Assembly (NCBI GenBank): GCA_034669905.1
Contig: JAXMOL010000003.1
Location: 160,001 to 224,000, forward strand
Origin: Candidatus Hydrogenedentota bacterium
GTDB taxonomy: Bacteria > Hydrogenedentota > Hydrogenedentia > Hydrogenedentales > JAEUWI01
Reading direction: 5' to 3'
Length of the DNA stretch: 64,000 nt
Positions within the stretch are counted from its first letter, which is position 1; every line of letters begins with the position of its first letter. Both the position numbers and the translations under genes were made by a program. Below, piece by piece: positions 1-8,757 of this stretch. Below the pieces are notes generated by a model that ran no database searches, was not told the origin of the DNA, and saw only the letters and a program-made list of their open reading frames with translations.

Positions 1-852
1 GCGCACATCCACAATCAGACACTGGTCACAGCGTTGTTGATAGACTTCCCTGGCGCTGAAGCGGGTGCGGCCCGGTTGCGCGAGTCCGATGAGTGCGGGA
101 CCTTCGGCATTGACCTTCTTCATACGGCGAAAATAGGGGGGCGCCACGGGCATGCCATCCAGGAGTCGTTCTACCCATGCCGACTCGGTGGCACTTTCCA
201 GCGAAGGATTGAAGCACCGCTCGTATCCGACCGTCGACGCGCTGCGGGAGCCAATCGCTTTGCCACAGAGTGAGCCAGCACCGTGGCCCGGAAATATCTC
301 CGTGAAGTCGGGAAAGATGGGCAAGGTATCAAAGACACTGCCATAGAGCTGGTGGGCCAACTGCTGGCGGGCTTTCTCTCCCAACAAGTCGGGACGGCCG
401 ACATCGCCCACGAAAAGAAAGTCACCGGTGAAAATCAGCCAGGGGATTTCGTCACTTCGAGAGTCGTCGTACAGGGCCCAGATCAGGTGCTCTGGCGTAT
501 GACCCGGGGTGTGGACGGCCTGAAGTCGGATCTTGCCCAGGGTGAAGACATCCCGGTCACGCACGGCCACATCGGCATAGGGTGGGGTCCATTCCTCGCC
601 GCCTTCGCCCGAAGCGTGGATAACGGGTTCGTTGTCCAGTCGGGCCTTCAATTCGGCGGAACCACTCACAAAATCCGCGTGCACGTGGGTTTCGAAGATG
701 TGGGTAATGCGGAGCCCTTCCCGTTTCGCGATATCGATAAAGTCATCCACATCGCGCGTGGGATCAATCACGGCACATTCCTTCGTGCCCTCGTCGCCGA
801 CCAGGTAGGAGTAAATGGAAAGTCCGGGTACAAATCGCTGGTGAAAAAACAT
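1..852 (-). CDS. MBL-fold metallo-hydrolase (persulfide dioxygenase-like, probably with C-terminal rhodanese domains); 3' part runs off the window
   Basis: Not in the ORF track because it has no stop inside the window. Hand translation from ATG at 852 gives MFFHQRFVPGLSIYSYLVGDEGTKECAVIDPTRDVDDF...HIFETHVHADFVSGSAEL, with the THxHxD metal motif. AGGAGA RBS upstream; next to a TauE-family gene. Confidence 0.85.
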   Translation of the reverse strand, partial: MFFHQRFVPGLSIYSYLVGDEGTKECAVIDPTRDVDDFIDIAKREGLRITHIFETHVHADFVSGSAELKARLDNEPVIHASGEGGEEWTPPYADVAVRDRDVFTLGKIRLQAVHTPGHTPEHLIWALYDDSRSDEIPWLIFTGDFLFVGDVGRPDLLGEKARQQLAHQLYGSVFDTLPIFPDFTEIFPGHGAGSLCGKAIGSRSASTVGYERCFNPSLESATESAWVERLLDGMPVAPPYFRRMKKVNAEGPALIGLAQPGRTRFSAREVYQQRCDQCLIVDVR

Positions 853-864
853 GGCAGGTTCTCC

Positions 865-1671
865 TTAATGGGTTCCGCTGGAATAGAAGGTATAGATCGC
901 CACGCCTACCATGACGAGGGCGAAGGATTGTTGTAGACCCTTTTGGGGCAGGCGTCGGCCCACCACCGTGCCCGCAGCCATACCAAGCACGGCGCCGCCC
1001 ATAAAGGGCAGGGCCACGGGGAAGGATATAACCGCGCCACGAAGCAGCAGCGAGAGCAGGGCCGCCCCACTTACGAGGGCGATGACCATGACGGATGTGG
1101 CGGTGGCGTGGTGGACATCCATCCCCACCACCAGAATAAGGGCCGGCACGATGACAAAGCCACCGCCCACGCCGAAGGTGCCCGAAAGAATGCCGGTGAG
1201 TACGCCGAGGCAAGCGAGGACGGCCATGCAGCGGCGGGAGAGTTTACCCGTGCCACAGCCATGGGCCGCAGCCGGTTCATCCACTCGGGCGTTTTGCCAC
1301 ATCCGCACGCCGGAAACGAGCAAGAGCAGCCCGAAGAGGGCCATGAGCAACCGCTCGGTCATGTGTTCGCCCAGCCAGACGCCGATGGGTGCGCCGAACG
1401 CGCCGCCCGCCGCCATCAGCAGGCCCGTGGTGACCATGACTTCCGATTTGCGGAGTCGTTGGATAAAGCCCACGATGGCACTCCCGCCCACCGCCAGCAG
1501 CGAGATGGGGACGGCCGCGGCGGGCGCGATGGCCAGGCCATAGACCAGCAGGGGAATGGCGAGGATAGAGCCGCCCGCGCCCGTAAGCCCCAAGGCGACG
1601 CCCACGACGGAACCGTAGCATAGACTCAGTATCAGGTCCACGGAGTATCTCTCGAAGGTAAAGGAGTCCAT
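865..1671 (-). CDS. Sulfite exporter TauE/SafE family membrane protein
   Basis: Two repeats of the family motif (GLTGAGGSILAIPLL; GTFGVGGGFVIVPAL) and about 8 hydrophobic segments. Start uncertain (ATG 1671 or GTG 1641). Confidence 0.88.
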   Translation of the reverse strand: MDSFTFERYSVDLILSLCYGSVVGVALGLTGAGGSILAIPLLVYGLAIAPAAAVPISLLAVGGSAIVGFIQRLRKSEVMVTTGLLMAAGGAFGAPIGVWLGEHMTERLLMALFGLLLLVSGVRMWQNARVDEPAAAHGCGTGKLSRRCMAVLACLGVLTGILSGTFGVGGGFVIVPALILVVGMDVHHATATSVMVIALVSGAALLSLLLRGAVISFPVALPFMGGAVLGMAAGTVVGRRLPQKGLQQSFALVMVGVAIYTFYSSGTH

Positions 1672-1763
1672 AAGAGCAGAACCGGCATGAAGCACTTCCT
1701 CCTTCGTTACGGGGCGTGCAAGGGTCACAGAGGCGTTCGGGGGCGCACGTCCACTACGAAGCA

Positions 1764-1793
1764 ATTATATATCGAAATATCCCGATATGTCAA
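1764..1793 (-). promoter_or_regulatory. Consensus sigma70 promoter with an overlapping inverted-repeat operator for the TauE-MBL operon
   Basis: Minus strand reads TTGACA-N18-TATAAT. ATATCG-N8-CGATAT (1769-1788) lies in the spacer. Confidence 0.75.
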
Positions 1794-2067
1794 TTGTAGG
1801 GGTGACGGGACCGTCCACCGGGCGTGTGGCACGGGAACGAGCGAAAGGTGGATTTTCATTGCTAACGGGTGTGGCGAAGCTCCATGACAGACTGAACCTA
1901 TGTCTTTAGGTCTGGAAGCCGCAAACGCGGATTTGGTAGGGGATGTTATGGTTGGGCGCTTGACGACTCCGCCCGCACACGCCTATCATCAGAAAATCCC
2001 GATAGCGGGGTTGAACACTGGAGGCCACCGGGGGAAGTTTGCCGGAGCCGCAAACGGGAGGCGAACT

Positions 2068-2757
2068 ATGTTTCAAGTGACCTGTGGGCACTGTAAGGCG
2101 ATACTGGACATCCCTGACCAGTACGCGGCTCAATCAGGCAAGTGCACGAAGTGTGGAGCGGGCATCCAGGTGCCACCGGCGCAGACAGCCGGCTTCACAC
2201 CGAGTCTGCCAAAGAAAAAACGCATGAAACAGAGCGACAAGACCAGCTTAACGGTCGTTGTAATCATTGGCGTCGTTATCGTTTTGGGAATTGGGGCTAA
2301 CAAAGATCCGCAAGCGCCAAATCAAAAGACTATAGGCACAGATTCACAAATCCTAGAAGTAGTCGAATCTACACCAGCTCCAGACCCACTTGCGTCGCCA
2401 GACCTGAGTGACCTGGAGCGTCGTATCGCCAACGAAATCGATATGACGCTTAAGACAGAAGGTGTTGAATACAGGCTGCACGAACTGAAGTACGACGGCA
2501 AGCAGTTGACCGTCGTGCTTGATCTTCAGTATCGCCCCGCCTCGTATGAGGAATTGGTGAAGGACGGAGAACTATGGGGTAGTTTCGTCACTCACTCTAA
2601 GATTGATGGCAAGTACATCGTCGAGCAGGATATCAACGTTCGCGTGTCTCTATGGACCGTCTTCGCTCCCAATGAAATTATTGACTGGGGAGCGTGGCGC
2701 AAGTTTGGTGGCGCGGGCGAATGGCAGGACGGCACAGCCGTGGAATTGCTCAAGTGA
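2068..2757 (+). CDS. Hypothetical membrane protein with N-terminal zinc ribbon
   Basis: MFQVTCGHC...GKCTKCG (two CxxC), one TM helix (LTVVVIIGVVIVLGIG) and a soluble C-terminal domain. GGGAGG RBS before ATG 2068. Confidence 0.75.
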   Translation: MFQVTCGHCKAILDIPDQYAAQSGKCTKCGAGIQVPPAQTAGFTPSLPKKKRMKQSDKTSLTVVVIIGVVIVLGIGANKDPQAPNQKTIGTDSQILEVVESTPAPDPLASPDLSDLERRIANEIDMTLKTEGVEYRLHELKYDGKQLTVVLDLQYRPASYEELVKDGELWGSFVTHSKIDGKYIVEQDINVRVSLWTVFAPNEIIDWGAWRKFGGAGEWQDGTAVELLK

Positions 2758-3185
2758 ATTGCTTCTTCAGTCAGTGCGCTGCGGGAAAACCTAGGTTGTC
2801 CATCCCTGGGAAACACAAGGGAAGACCGAGTGACAGACTACGATTTTTCACCGTTCACCCTTATCTTTCCTGGGTTGACCCGGTTTTTTAACTCGTTGCT
2901 ACGGTCCCCCGTAGCAATGCATACCGTTCCGCTACTGCGGGACAGTTTTGGGGACAAGGCTATCCGCCAGCTTCAAATCCACGCTATTAAAATTCCGCCC
3001 AAGGCGGATTGCCGCAGGAGCGGCAAGGCATGGGTGACGACGGAGGACCGTCGTCACAAGCCTGAATATCGGCGCGGTGATTGCCCCGCTGTGTAATATG
3101 ATGCGGAAAACCCTGCACCACCACTCTGGCTACACGGCTCATGCATTCAGCCTATACCAGATGGCTGTATTTGACAAGGTATTCA

Positions 3186-3205
3186 GTAGTCTGTCCCTGT
3201 GTTTT
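3186..3205. repeat. Left terminal inverted repeat of the Rhs block
   Basis: GTAGTCTGTCCCTGTGTTTT. Its reverse complement matches 8758-8777 at 17/20 and 8629-8641 at 12/13. Confidence 0.6.
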
Positions 3206-3577
3206 CGGAGGGCTGCAAGGGACTGCCGTAGTTATGGATACGGGCTGGCAGTCGGTGACCCTTGGGCATGGAGAGCGGCATTTCGAGAACGCCGGGGTCT
3301 ACTCCAACGCCGATCCCGGCATCGTTGCGTCCAAATTCGTAGCTGTCGTCGGTGTTGAGGCCGCCATCGCCGCTGGTACCGGCGGGCTGGGCAACGCGGC
3401 GCTGCGGGGCGGAGGAACCGCCATTAAAGCGCACCGAGGCCTCCTTGCCTACGAGATCGCCGGTGGTGGCGTCCAAGTAGGCGGCGGCGCCTACAAAATA
3501 TCGCAAGGCGACTACGTCGGTGGTAGCCTGGATATCCTGGGTGGCACCATGATGAGCGGCGGCGGTATCATGAATGC
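3206..3577 (+). repeat. About 370-bp direct repeat, copy 1 (copy 2 at 7354-7725)
   Basis: CGGAGGGCTGCAAGGGACTGCC...ATGAATGC present twice at an offset of 4148 bp, with mostly synonymous differences. Confidence 0.95.
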
Positions 3578-4049
3578 CCGGGCGTTTGGCAGATCAATGA
3601 AAGGTACCACGGCATCGGCTGGTCGAGCAACGTCCATAATTCCCGGTGATGCAGACTTTGTTGGCCCTGTTCAGAAAGGTTGGGTCCTAACCCCACAGGG
3701 TCAAGGAGCGCACCTAGTTGAACGGTCTGTTGTAAGTGGCCGCAAAGCATTGAGTCACCTCGACCTGCCAGAAACGCCACGTTTCTACCCAACTGGGACT
3801 CCCGGTAATGCAGGGGCTGCGCACGTTCGATTGCACCGCGCCACAAAACAGGCTGGTATCAAGCTCCGTCGTGGAGGGAATTCCCAGCTCTCCGATACTG
3901 AATTGCTGGGAAGGTATAGGCGAGCGTATTCAGATGCGTCACTGGATGGTATACTAGGTGATCTGCGAACACCGGGCGGAAGCACTATACTTGGTAGGAA
4001 TTTGAGTCCGGCAGCTGCCTTGGAATTATTGATGCGGCGGGAAAGATAG
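3206..4049 (+). CDS. Orphan Rhs C-terminal toxin module (shared pre-toxin segment plus a unique, uncharacterised C-terminal toxin domain)
   Basis: 3206-3577 is a near-identical copy of 7354-7725 in the Rhs gene and then diverges. No Rhs core upstream. First in-frame ATG within the duplicated segment is 3234. Followed by a small acidic gene. Confidence 0.75.
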
Positions 4050-4077
4050 ACAGAACAACTCGAGGTGCGGAAAGACG

Positions 4078-4584
4078 ATGGCTGTTTACGAAAGTTCGAT
4101 AAGCTTGGATATTGCGGGTATTGGAATCATTTTCTATTCTCCAGTGTTCGCCGAGCACATTACGGAAGATTACGACTATTTGGAGGCTTCTTACACGAGC
4201 GATGAACAGGTCCAGGCACATATACAGAAGGGAACCATAGTCGGGTTTGGAACAGGAAGCCCCGGCACGTTTATTCTGCGATTTCACTCTGGCTACCCAC
4301 ACGAAAGTTTGTTGCAGGGAAGTGACTTTAGATTGCGTTTGGGCTTGAATTGTGTTGGCGGAAAGGTTTGTTTTCGAGACCTGTACGACCTAATGTCATG
4401 GTATCCAGATTGTCCCGAAGATCAGGTCCTTAAGCTTGAAGATGGAATTTACCACGTGACGCTTTGTTCTAGTCTGCCGGACTCTGGAATCATTGGGGAC
4501 CATCAGGAAATCCATGTATACCTACATCCTCTGGATTCATTTCCTAGGCTTTCGAGCGTGGGCATTCCAGTGCTTTGTATGTAA
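4078..4584 (+). CDS. Putative immunity protein for the upstream orphan toxin
   Basis: 168-aa acidic, AT-richer ORF starting 28 bp after the toxin stop, with a GAGG RBS. Typical toxin-immunity layout. Confidence 0.7.
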   Translation: MAVYESSISLDIAGIGIIFYSPVFAEHITEDYDYLEASYTSDEQVQAHIQKGTIVGFGTGSPGTFILRFHSGYPHESLLQGSDFRLRLGLNCVGGKVCFRDLYDLMSWYPDCPEDQVLKLEDGIYHVTLCSSLPDSGIIGDHQEIHVYLHPLDSFPRLSSVGIPVLCM

Positions 4585-4820
4585 GAGTATTCAAAGGATT
4601 ACTCTGCAAGGTCGATTCGGTCGTCGAGTAAAATAGGGAGCCGCGCCGGGCTAAGCCGGCAGGATGTTGGGAGTGAGAGTCTTCCGCCACGGCGCATCCA
4701 TGACCTACAGCGAAGAATGGGTCATCACACTGTTCTCCGAGTCATGCCCACCTTCGGCGCTTTTTCAGTCTATATCCCCGCGCCCCGGCAGATTAATATT
4801 TTGTATCAATAGGTGTTGAC

Positions 4821-5414
4821 ATGAATAAGAGCGAACGAGAACCGTTACAGAATCGTTGGAATGGTGAGACATCGAAGTTGGGGATGAAATACTTGCTTGG
4901 CAAGGGAAAGGCCCCCTTTCCCTGTTTAGGAAGTGGCCGGGAAGACTTGCGGGGGCTCGTGATTACCGAAATGATCACTCGTGCGGACATTCGGGACGTC
5001 GATTTGTCCGGCGCAGCTGTAGAATGGGCCGGACAAATTGGTCCATACACGAAAGTGAGAGGTGGCGTTTTTCGCTACGCGGTCATCGATTCCAATATTG
5101 GCGACTACTTTTCTGAGTGTGATTTCACATCGACGGGAATGTCAGGCGCTACCATTCGCGGTGAGTTTACTGACTGTGATTTTTCGCATACAAATCTCTC
5201 ATCGGCAGGAGGGACCGAGGTCAAGTTCGTCCGCTGCAGATTTACGAAGACGAATTTCCGAAAGGCACATCTGATTCACTGTTATTTTGAAGGTTGTCAA
5301 TTCGATGAATGTAAGTTTGGGGTTGGTTCACTAGCGGGGTCAAGGCTTGTCCGAAGTCCCATTGATCCAGGCATGTTGAGTGACACGCTGATGGAGCATG
5401 TGGAGTGGTCGTAA
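4821..5414 (+). CDS. Pentapeptide-repeat protein (possible orphan immunity gene)
   Basis: CDFTS-TGMSG, CDFSH-TNLSS, CRFTK-TNFRK-AHLIH-CYFEG-CQFDE-CKFGV pentapeptide periodicity. AGGTG RBS. Confidence 0.8.
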   Translation: MNKSEREPLQNRWNGETSKLGMKYLLGKGKAPFPCLGSGREDLRGLVITEMITRADIRDVDLSGAAVEWAGQIGPYTKVRGGVFRYAVIDSNIGDYFSECDFTSTGMSGATIRGEFTDCDFSHTNLSSAGGTEVKFVRCRFTKTNFRKAHLIHCYFEGCQFDECKFGVGSLAGSRLVRSPIDPGMLSDTLMEHVEWS

Positions 5415-5437
5415 ACGGCTGCCGAGATACTTAGATA

Positions 5438-6465
5438 GGGTTCTGCTCTGATAATACCGCTCATGCGGCAGTCCTGAGATTTTTGTATTCATCCCAAAAG
5501 GCATCCCATCGATTGGATTTTACATAACAACGAAGATCAAGAATCCGTTGTCCGCCCTCCCGTGTCCAACGCATTCCGCTTCGGTACATTCGGGTCTTAA
5601 CCAAGTTCTTGCACGCCGCCTCAACCGGGCCGCTCCCGATGGGAAGGCCTCGCCGCCTGAAATCAGCGTAATTCATTTTTCCTTTGTTTCGCCGGTAAAA
5701 GGTTCGTTGCGTGGCGAGATCTTTTTGCCTGGACTTTGGCAGCTTGCGGACTTTGGCGTGGTAGTCTATGGAATTCAGAATGCTTTGTGCGCCCTTGTCC
5801 TCTTCGAGCAGCTTCTTGGCGTATTGGCCGTACCAGGCGTCGGCCTCATCCGTTCCCTTGCCAAAGAGGGCCTCGGCGGCCAAGGACAGATGCTCGACGG
5901 AATGAAAGTAGTCAATGAGTTTTTCGTAGTCGTCGAAGCGTTCATTGCCTTCGAGGTATTTCCAGATGGCGCGCGCCCCATCGCATAGCATTATCTCCTT
6001 GACCGTCGCGGGACACAGTATTTCGGCAGCGTCCAGCTCCGCCTCGAATTTGGCCTTGAAGGTTGCGGCACGGTCTTCTGGCATATGGGCCGCATAGCAA
6101 CACCCCAGGCGTTGCGGGCACTTCTCGCCTTCTTTCACCTCGCCGTAGAGTGAAAAGCTACCCACCATGGCGTTCTTATAGGAGGTCTTCGTCTCTTTCT
6201 CCTTCTTGCCTTTGGGACGGTCTGTAGGCCGTCCCATCTTCTTGCCCTTTTCATTGAGCAATACGTTGACTCCATCCATGCTAGCGACAAGAACCCGTGT
6301 GCCTTCGGGGGCGCTTTCTTGCTCCCGGATGCCTTGTTCCAATTCCGCGCGACGCGCTGAAACGCGTTCTTCAATACGTTTCAGCGCCCGCTTTATGACC
6401 GTGGGATGGGGGTGGAAGAGCGCACTTTTCTCAAATAATCCAGCAGCTTCCTCCGGGAACCTCAT
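5438..6465 (-). mobile_element. ISKra4-family (UPF0236-like) DDE transposase, 5'-truncated; ORF 5461-6465
   Basis: Motifs SMDGVNV, LCDGARAIW, LIDYFHSVEHL and GLPIGSGPVEAACKNLVKTRM..SGMRW..GGQRIL.LR. The N-terminal part is missing and the sequence abuts Rhs DNA near 6465. Probable element end GGGTTCTGCTCTG at 5438. Confidence 0.85.
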
Positions 6466-8212
6466 GTCCGTCAGCCGGGGGATCTATGGCGGGACGTTGA
6501 TGCCGCTCTATACCAACGTCGATATTTCCATGTTTCCCGGCTATGCCGATGTGAGCTTCGGCAAGGGCAACGACGCGGAATACCAGTTCGACGACCTGCG
6601 CTTCCTGGCGGCTTCTATCAGCGAGCTCTCGGCCAACCGGCGCTACGAATACGACGCCCTGGGTCGGCGCGTGCTCCAGACCGTGATCGATAGCGGGGTG
6701 CCCGTCAACACCTGGTTTGTCTATCCGCCTTCGGCGGACTTCCAGCATGGCGACCGGGTCATCGAGGAATACCGGGACCTGGAGGGTGCCGCGCACCAGT
6801 TGGAGTCACGCTACGTCTACGGGCAATACATCGACGAAGTGCTTCAGCGCGAGTGGGATCAGGGCAGCGATGGCGTCCCGGAAACGGTTCACTACTATCT
6901 CCACGACGACCTGTATCCTCCTACGGCGGACCTTCGGCACGTGGTGGGCATCACCGATAGCGACGGCGCCCTCGTCGAGCGCTACGAATACGGGGAGTAC
7001 GGCGCGCCAGAGGTTTTCCTGGCGGCGGGTGGCTCGCTTGGCGACGAATCGAGCGTCGGCAACCGCTATATGTTCAACGGCCGCGAGTACGACAGCCGCA
7101 CGAATCTCTACTGGTACCGCACCCGCTATATGGACCCGGCTCAGGGCCGCTTCATCGCGCGGGACACCATCGGTGCCTGGGGCGATGCGAACAACCTGGG
7201 GAATCCCTTTTCCTACGTGGGGAACAACCCCTGGAGCGGCCTGGACCCGTTTGGCCTCTACGGCAGCGCGGGTGGCGGCGAGGGCGACCCAATTCGCTGG
7301 AGAATGGAACACTGGAATGAGTACATTAGCCCGGTAGAGGCCGCCTTCCTACACGGAGGGCTGCAAGGGACTGCCGTAGTTATGGATACGGGCTGGCAGT
7401 CGGTGACCCTTGGGCATGGAGAGCGGCATTTCGAGAACGCGGGGGTCTATTCCAACGCCGACCCGGGCATTGTCGCGTCCAAGTTCGTGTCGGTCGTTGC
7501 CGTCGAGGCGGCTATCGCCGCAGGCACCGGCGGGCTGGGCAACGCGGCGCTGCGGGGCGGAGGAACCGCCATTAAAGCGCACCGAGGCCTCCTTGCCTAC
7601 GAGATCGCCGGTGGTGGCGTCCAGGTAGGCGGCGGCGCCTACAAAATATCGCAGGGCGACTACCTCGGCGGAAGCCTGGACTTCCTGGGTGGCACCATGA
7701 TGAGCGGCGGGGGTATGATGAATGCTCGCAGTTTCCGCCAAAGCTCATTGAGCATGGGACGAGGAAGCGGAAGCGGACCGGGTGCCGCACATATTAGCGA
7801 TCCGGCCTTTAATGGGGCTGTCCGTTCCCTGAATCCATCGGACATACGGTTCAGCCAGGCTACCGTATCGCATAATTTCGCCGAAGGTGGTCACACGATA
7901 AGTTCCACTGCGGCCCAACTGCGCAAGGGTGCGGATCCGAATAGTCTGTTTGATAGAATTAATGTTGTTGTGAAGGATGGCCAGTTTATTTCGTTGGACA
8001 ATCGTCGGCTCCGGGCGTTGCAGCGCGGCGGCATCGACGAGGTTGATGTAAACATATTGTCTTTCGACGACCCGAGAGTTCTCGCGGAGTTTAGAAGTAA
8101 GACCCGATTCGGTAATGTCCTACACGGTACAAGGATTCTCACTGTTCCAAGGGCGGCGTCGCACCCGCGTGGACGTATGTTGCTTAAGAAAATGGGAGCA
8201 ATAACCAGGTGA
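6464..8212 (+). CDS. Rhs/YD-repeat core fragment with C-terminal ParB-like toxin domain (5'-truncated)
   Basis: YEYDALGRR, ERYEYGEYG, RYMFNGREYD..TNLYWYRTRYMDPAQGRFIARD, NPFSYVGNNPWSGLDPFG (Rhs core and DPxG cleavage site). C-terminus contains IRFSQ...SLDNRRLRAL. Confidence 0.9.
   Translation: MSVSRGIYGGTLMPLYTNVDISMFPGYADVSFGKGNDAEYQFDDLRFLAASISELSANRRYEYDALGRRVLQTVIDSGVPVNTWFVYPPSADFQHGDRVIEEYRDLEGAAHQLESRYVYGQYIDEVLQREWDQGSDGVPETVHYYLHDDLYPPTADLRHVVGITDSDGALVERYEYGEYGAPEVFLAAGGSLGDESSVGNRYMFNGREYDSRTNLYWYRTRYMDPAQGRFIARDTIGAWGDANNLGNPFSYVGNNPWSGLDPFGLYGSAGGGEGDPIRWRMEHWNEYISPVEAAFLHGGLQGTAVVMDTGWQSVTLGHGERHFENAGVYSNADPGIVASKFVSVVAVEAAIAAGTGGLGNAALRGGGTAIKAHRGLLAYEIAGGGVQVGGGAYKISQGDYLGGSLDFLGGTMMSGGGMMNARSFRQSSLSMGRGSGSGPGAAHISDPAFNGAVRSLNPSDIRFSQATVSHNFAEGGHTISSTAAQLRKGADPNSLFDRINVVVKDGQFISLDNRRLRALQRGGIDEVDVNILSFDDPRVLAEFRSKTRFGNVLHGTRILTVPRAASHPRGRMLLKKMGAITR
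7354..7725 (+). repeat. About 370-bp direct repeat, copy 2
   Basis: Matches 3206-3577. Confidence 0.95.
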
Positions 8213-8604
8213 TCGAGGAGATAGAACTAACTGAGAAACTCTTTGCGGAGCACCCTGTTTGGAGGTGGAACGACTCCAGGGATGCGCTTACCCCGGTTGC
8301 ACGGCACGTACCACTGCCAGAGGGAGATGATCTTTGGGTCAGGTCTCGATTCGTGGCACCCAATGAGGACGAATTGTCTGGATATATTGTCGCTAATGTC
8401 TATGGGGTAGAAGGTTTTAGTTTGTTCGTCCATGGCAAAGATTGTATGTTTGGAGAGTACATACAACATGACTTGGCAGCCAATCTGGCGTTCATAAGGA
8501 AGGCGTTTGCTAATCCAGATTGGGAGCTATTTCCTCTCAATTACAGTACGGACTTCCATTTCGAGGGCAAGCCGAATCTGTCAGGCGTTTTCGAGCCGTG
8601 GTGA
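8209..8604 (+). CDS. Putative immunity protein of the Rhs ParB-like toxin
   Basis: GTGA start/stop overlap with the toxin gene. 131 aa, acidic and AT-richer. Confidence 0.75.
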   Translation: MIEEIELTEKLFAEHPVWRWNDSRDALTPVARHVPLPEGDDLWVRSRFVAPNEDELSGYIVANVYGVEGFSLFVHGKDCMFGEYIQHDLAANLAFIRKAFANPDWELFPLNYSTDFHFEGKPNLSGVFEPW

Positions 8605-8708
8605 GTTCGGGGGGCTAGCGGGAATTGTAGGGACGGACTACCTATATTGATGTCGAATCACTGGTTTTGGTCTTTGGCAGTTGAAAAAATTCTCCCCGTG
8701 CACACCCG

Positions 8709-8757
8709 TTGGGCCGGCGCGTGCTCCAGACCGTACTTGAAGACGGCGTCCCCGTCA
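8709..8757 (+). pseudogene. Short Rhs remnant (LGRRVLQTVLEDGVPV)
   Basis: GGGCCGGCGCGTGCTCCAGACCGTACTTGAAGACGGCGTCCCCGTCA aligns with 6661-6707 (LGRRVLQTVIDSGVPV) at an offset of 2050. Confidence 0.75.

Noticed and set aside
1673..5449. 11-bp inverted match AGAGCAGAACC / GGTTCTGCTCT as IS ends of a composite element
   Set aside because: The match is short and points outward, so it cannot bracket the intervening DNA.
6206..6463. N-terminal 86 aa of the 668-aa Rhs ORF
   Set aside because: It is the antisense of the ISKra4-type transposase, an open frame by chance.
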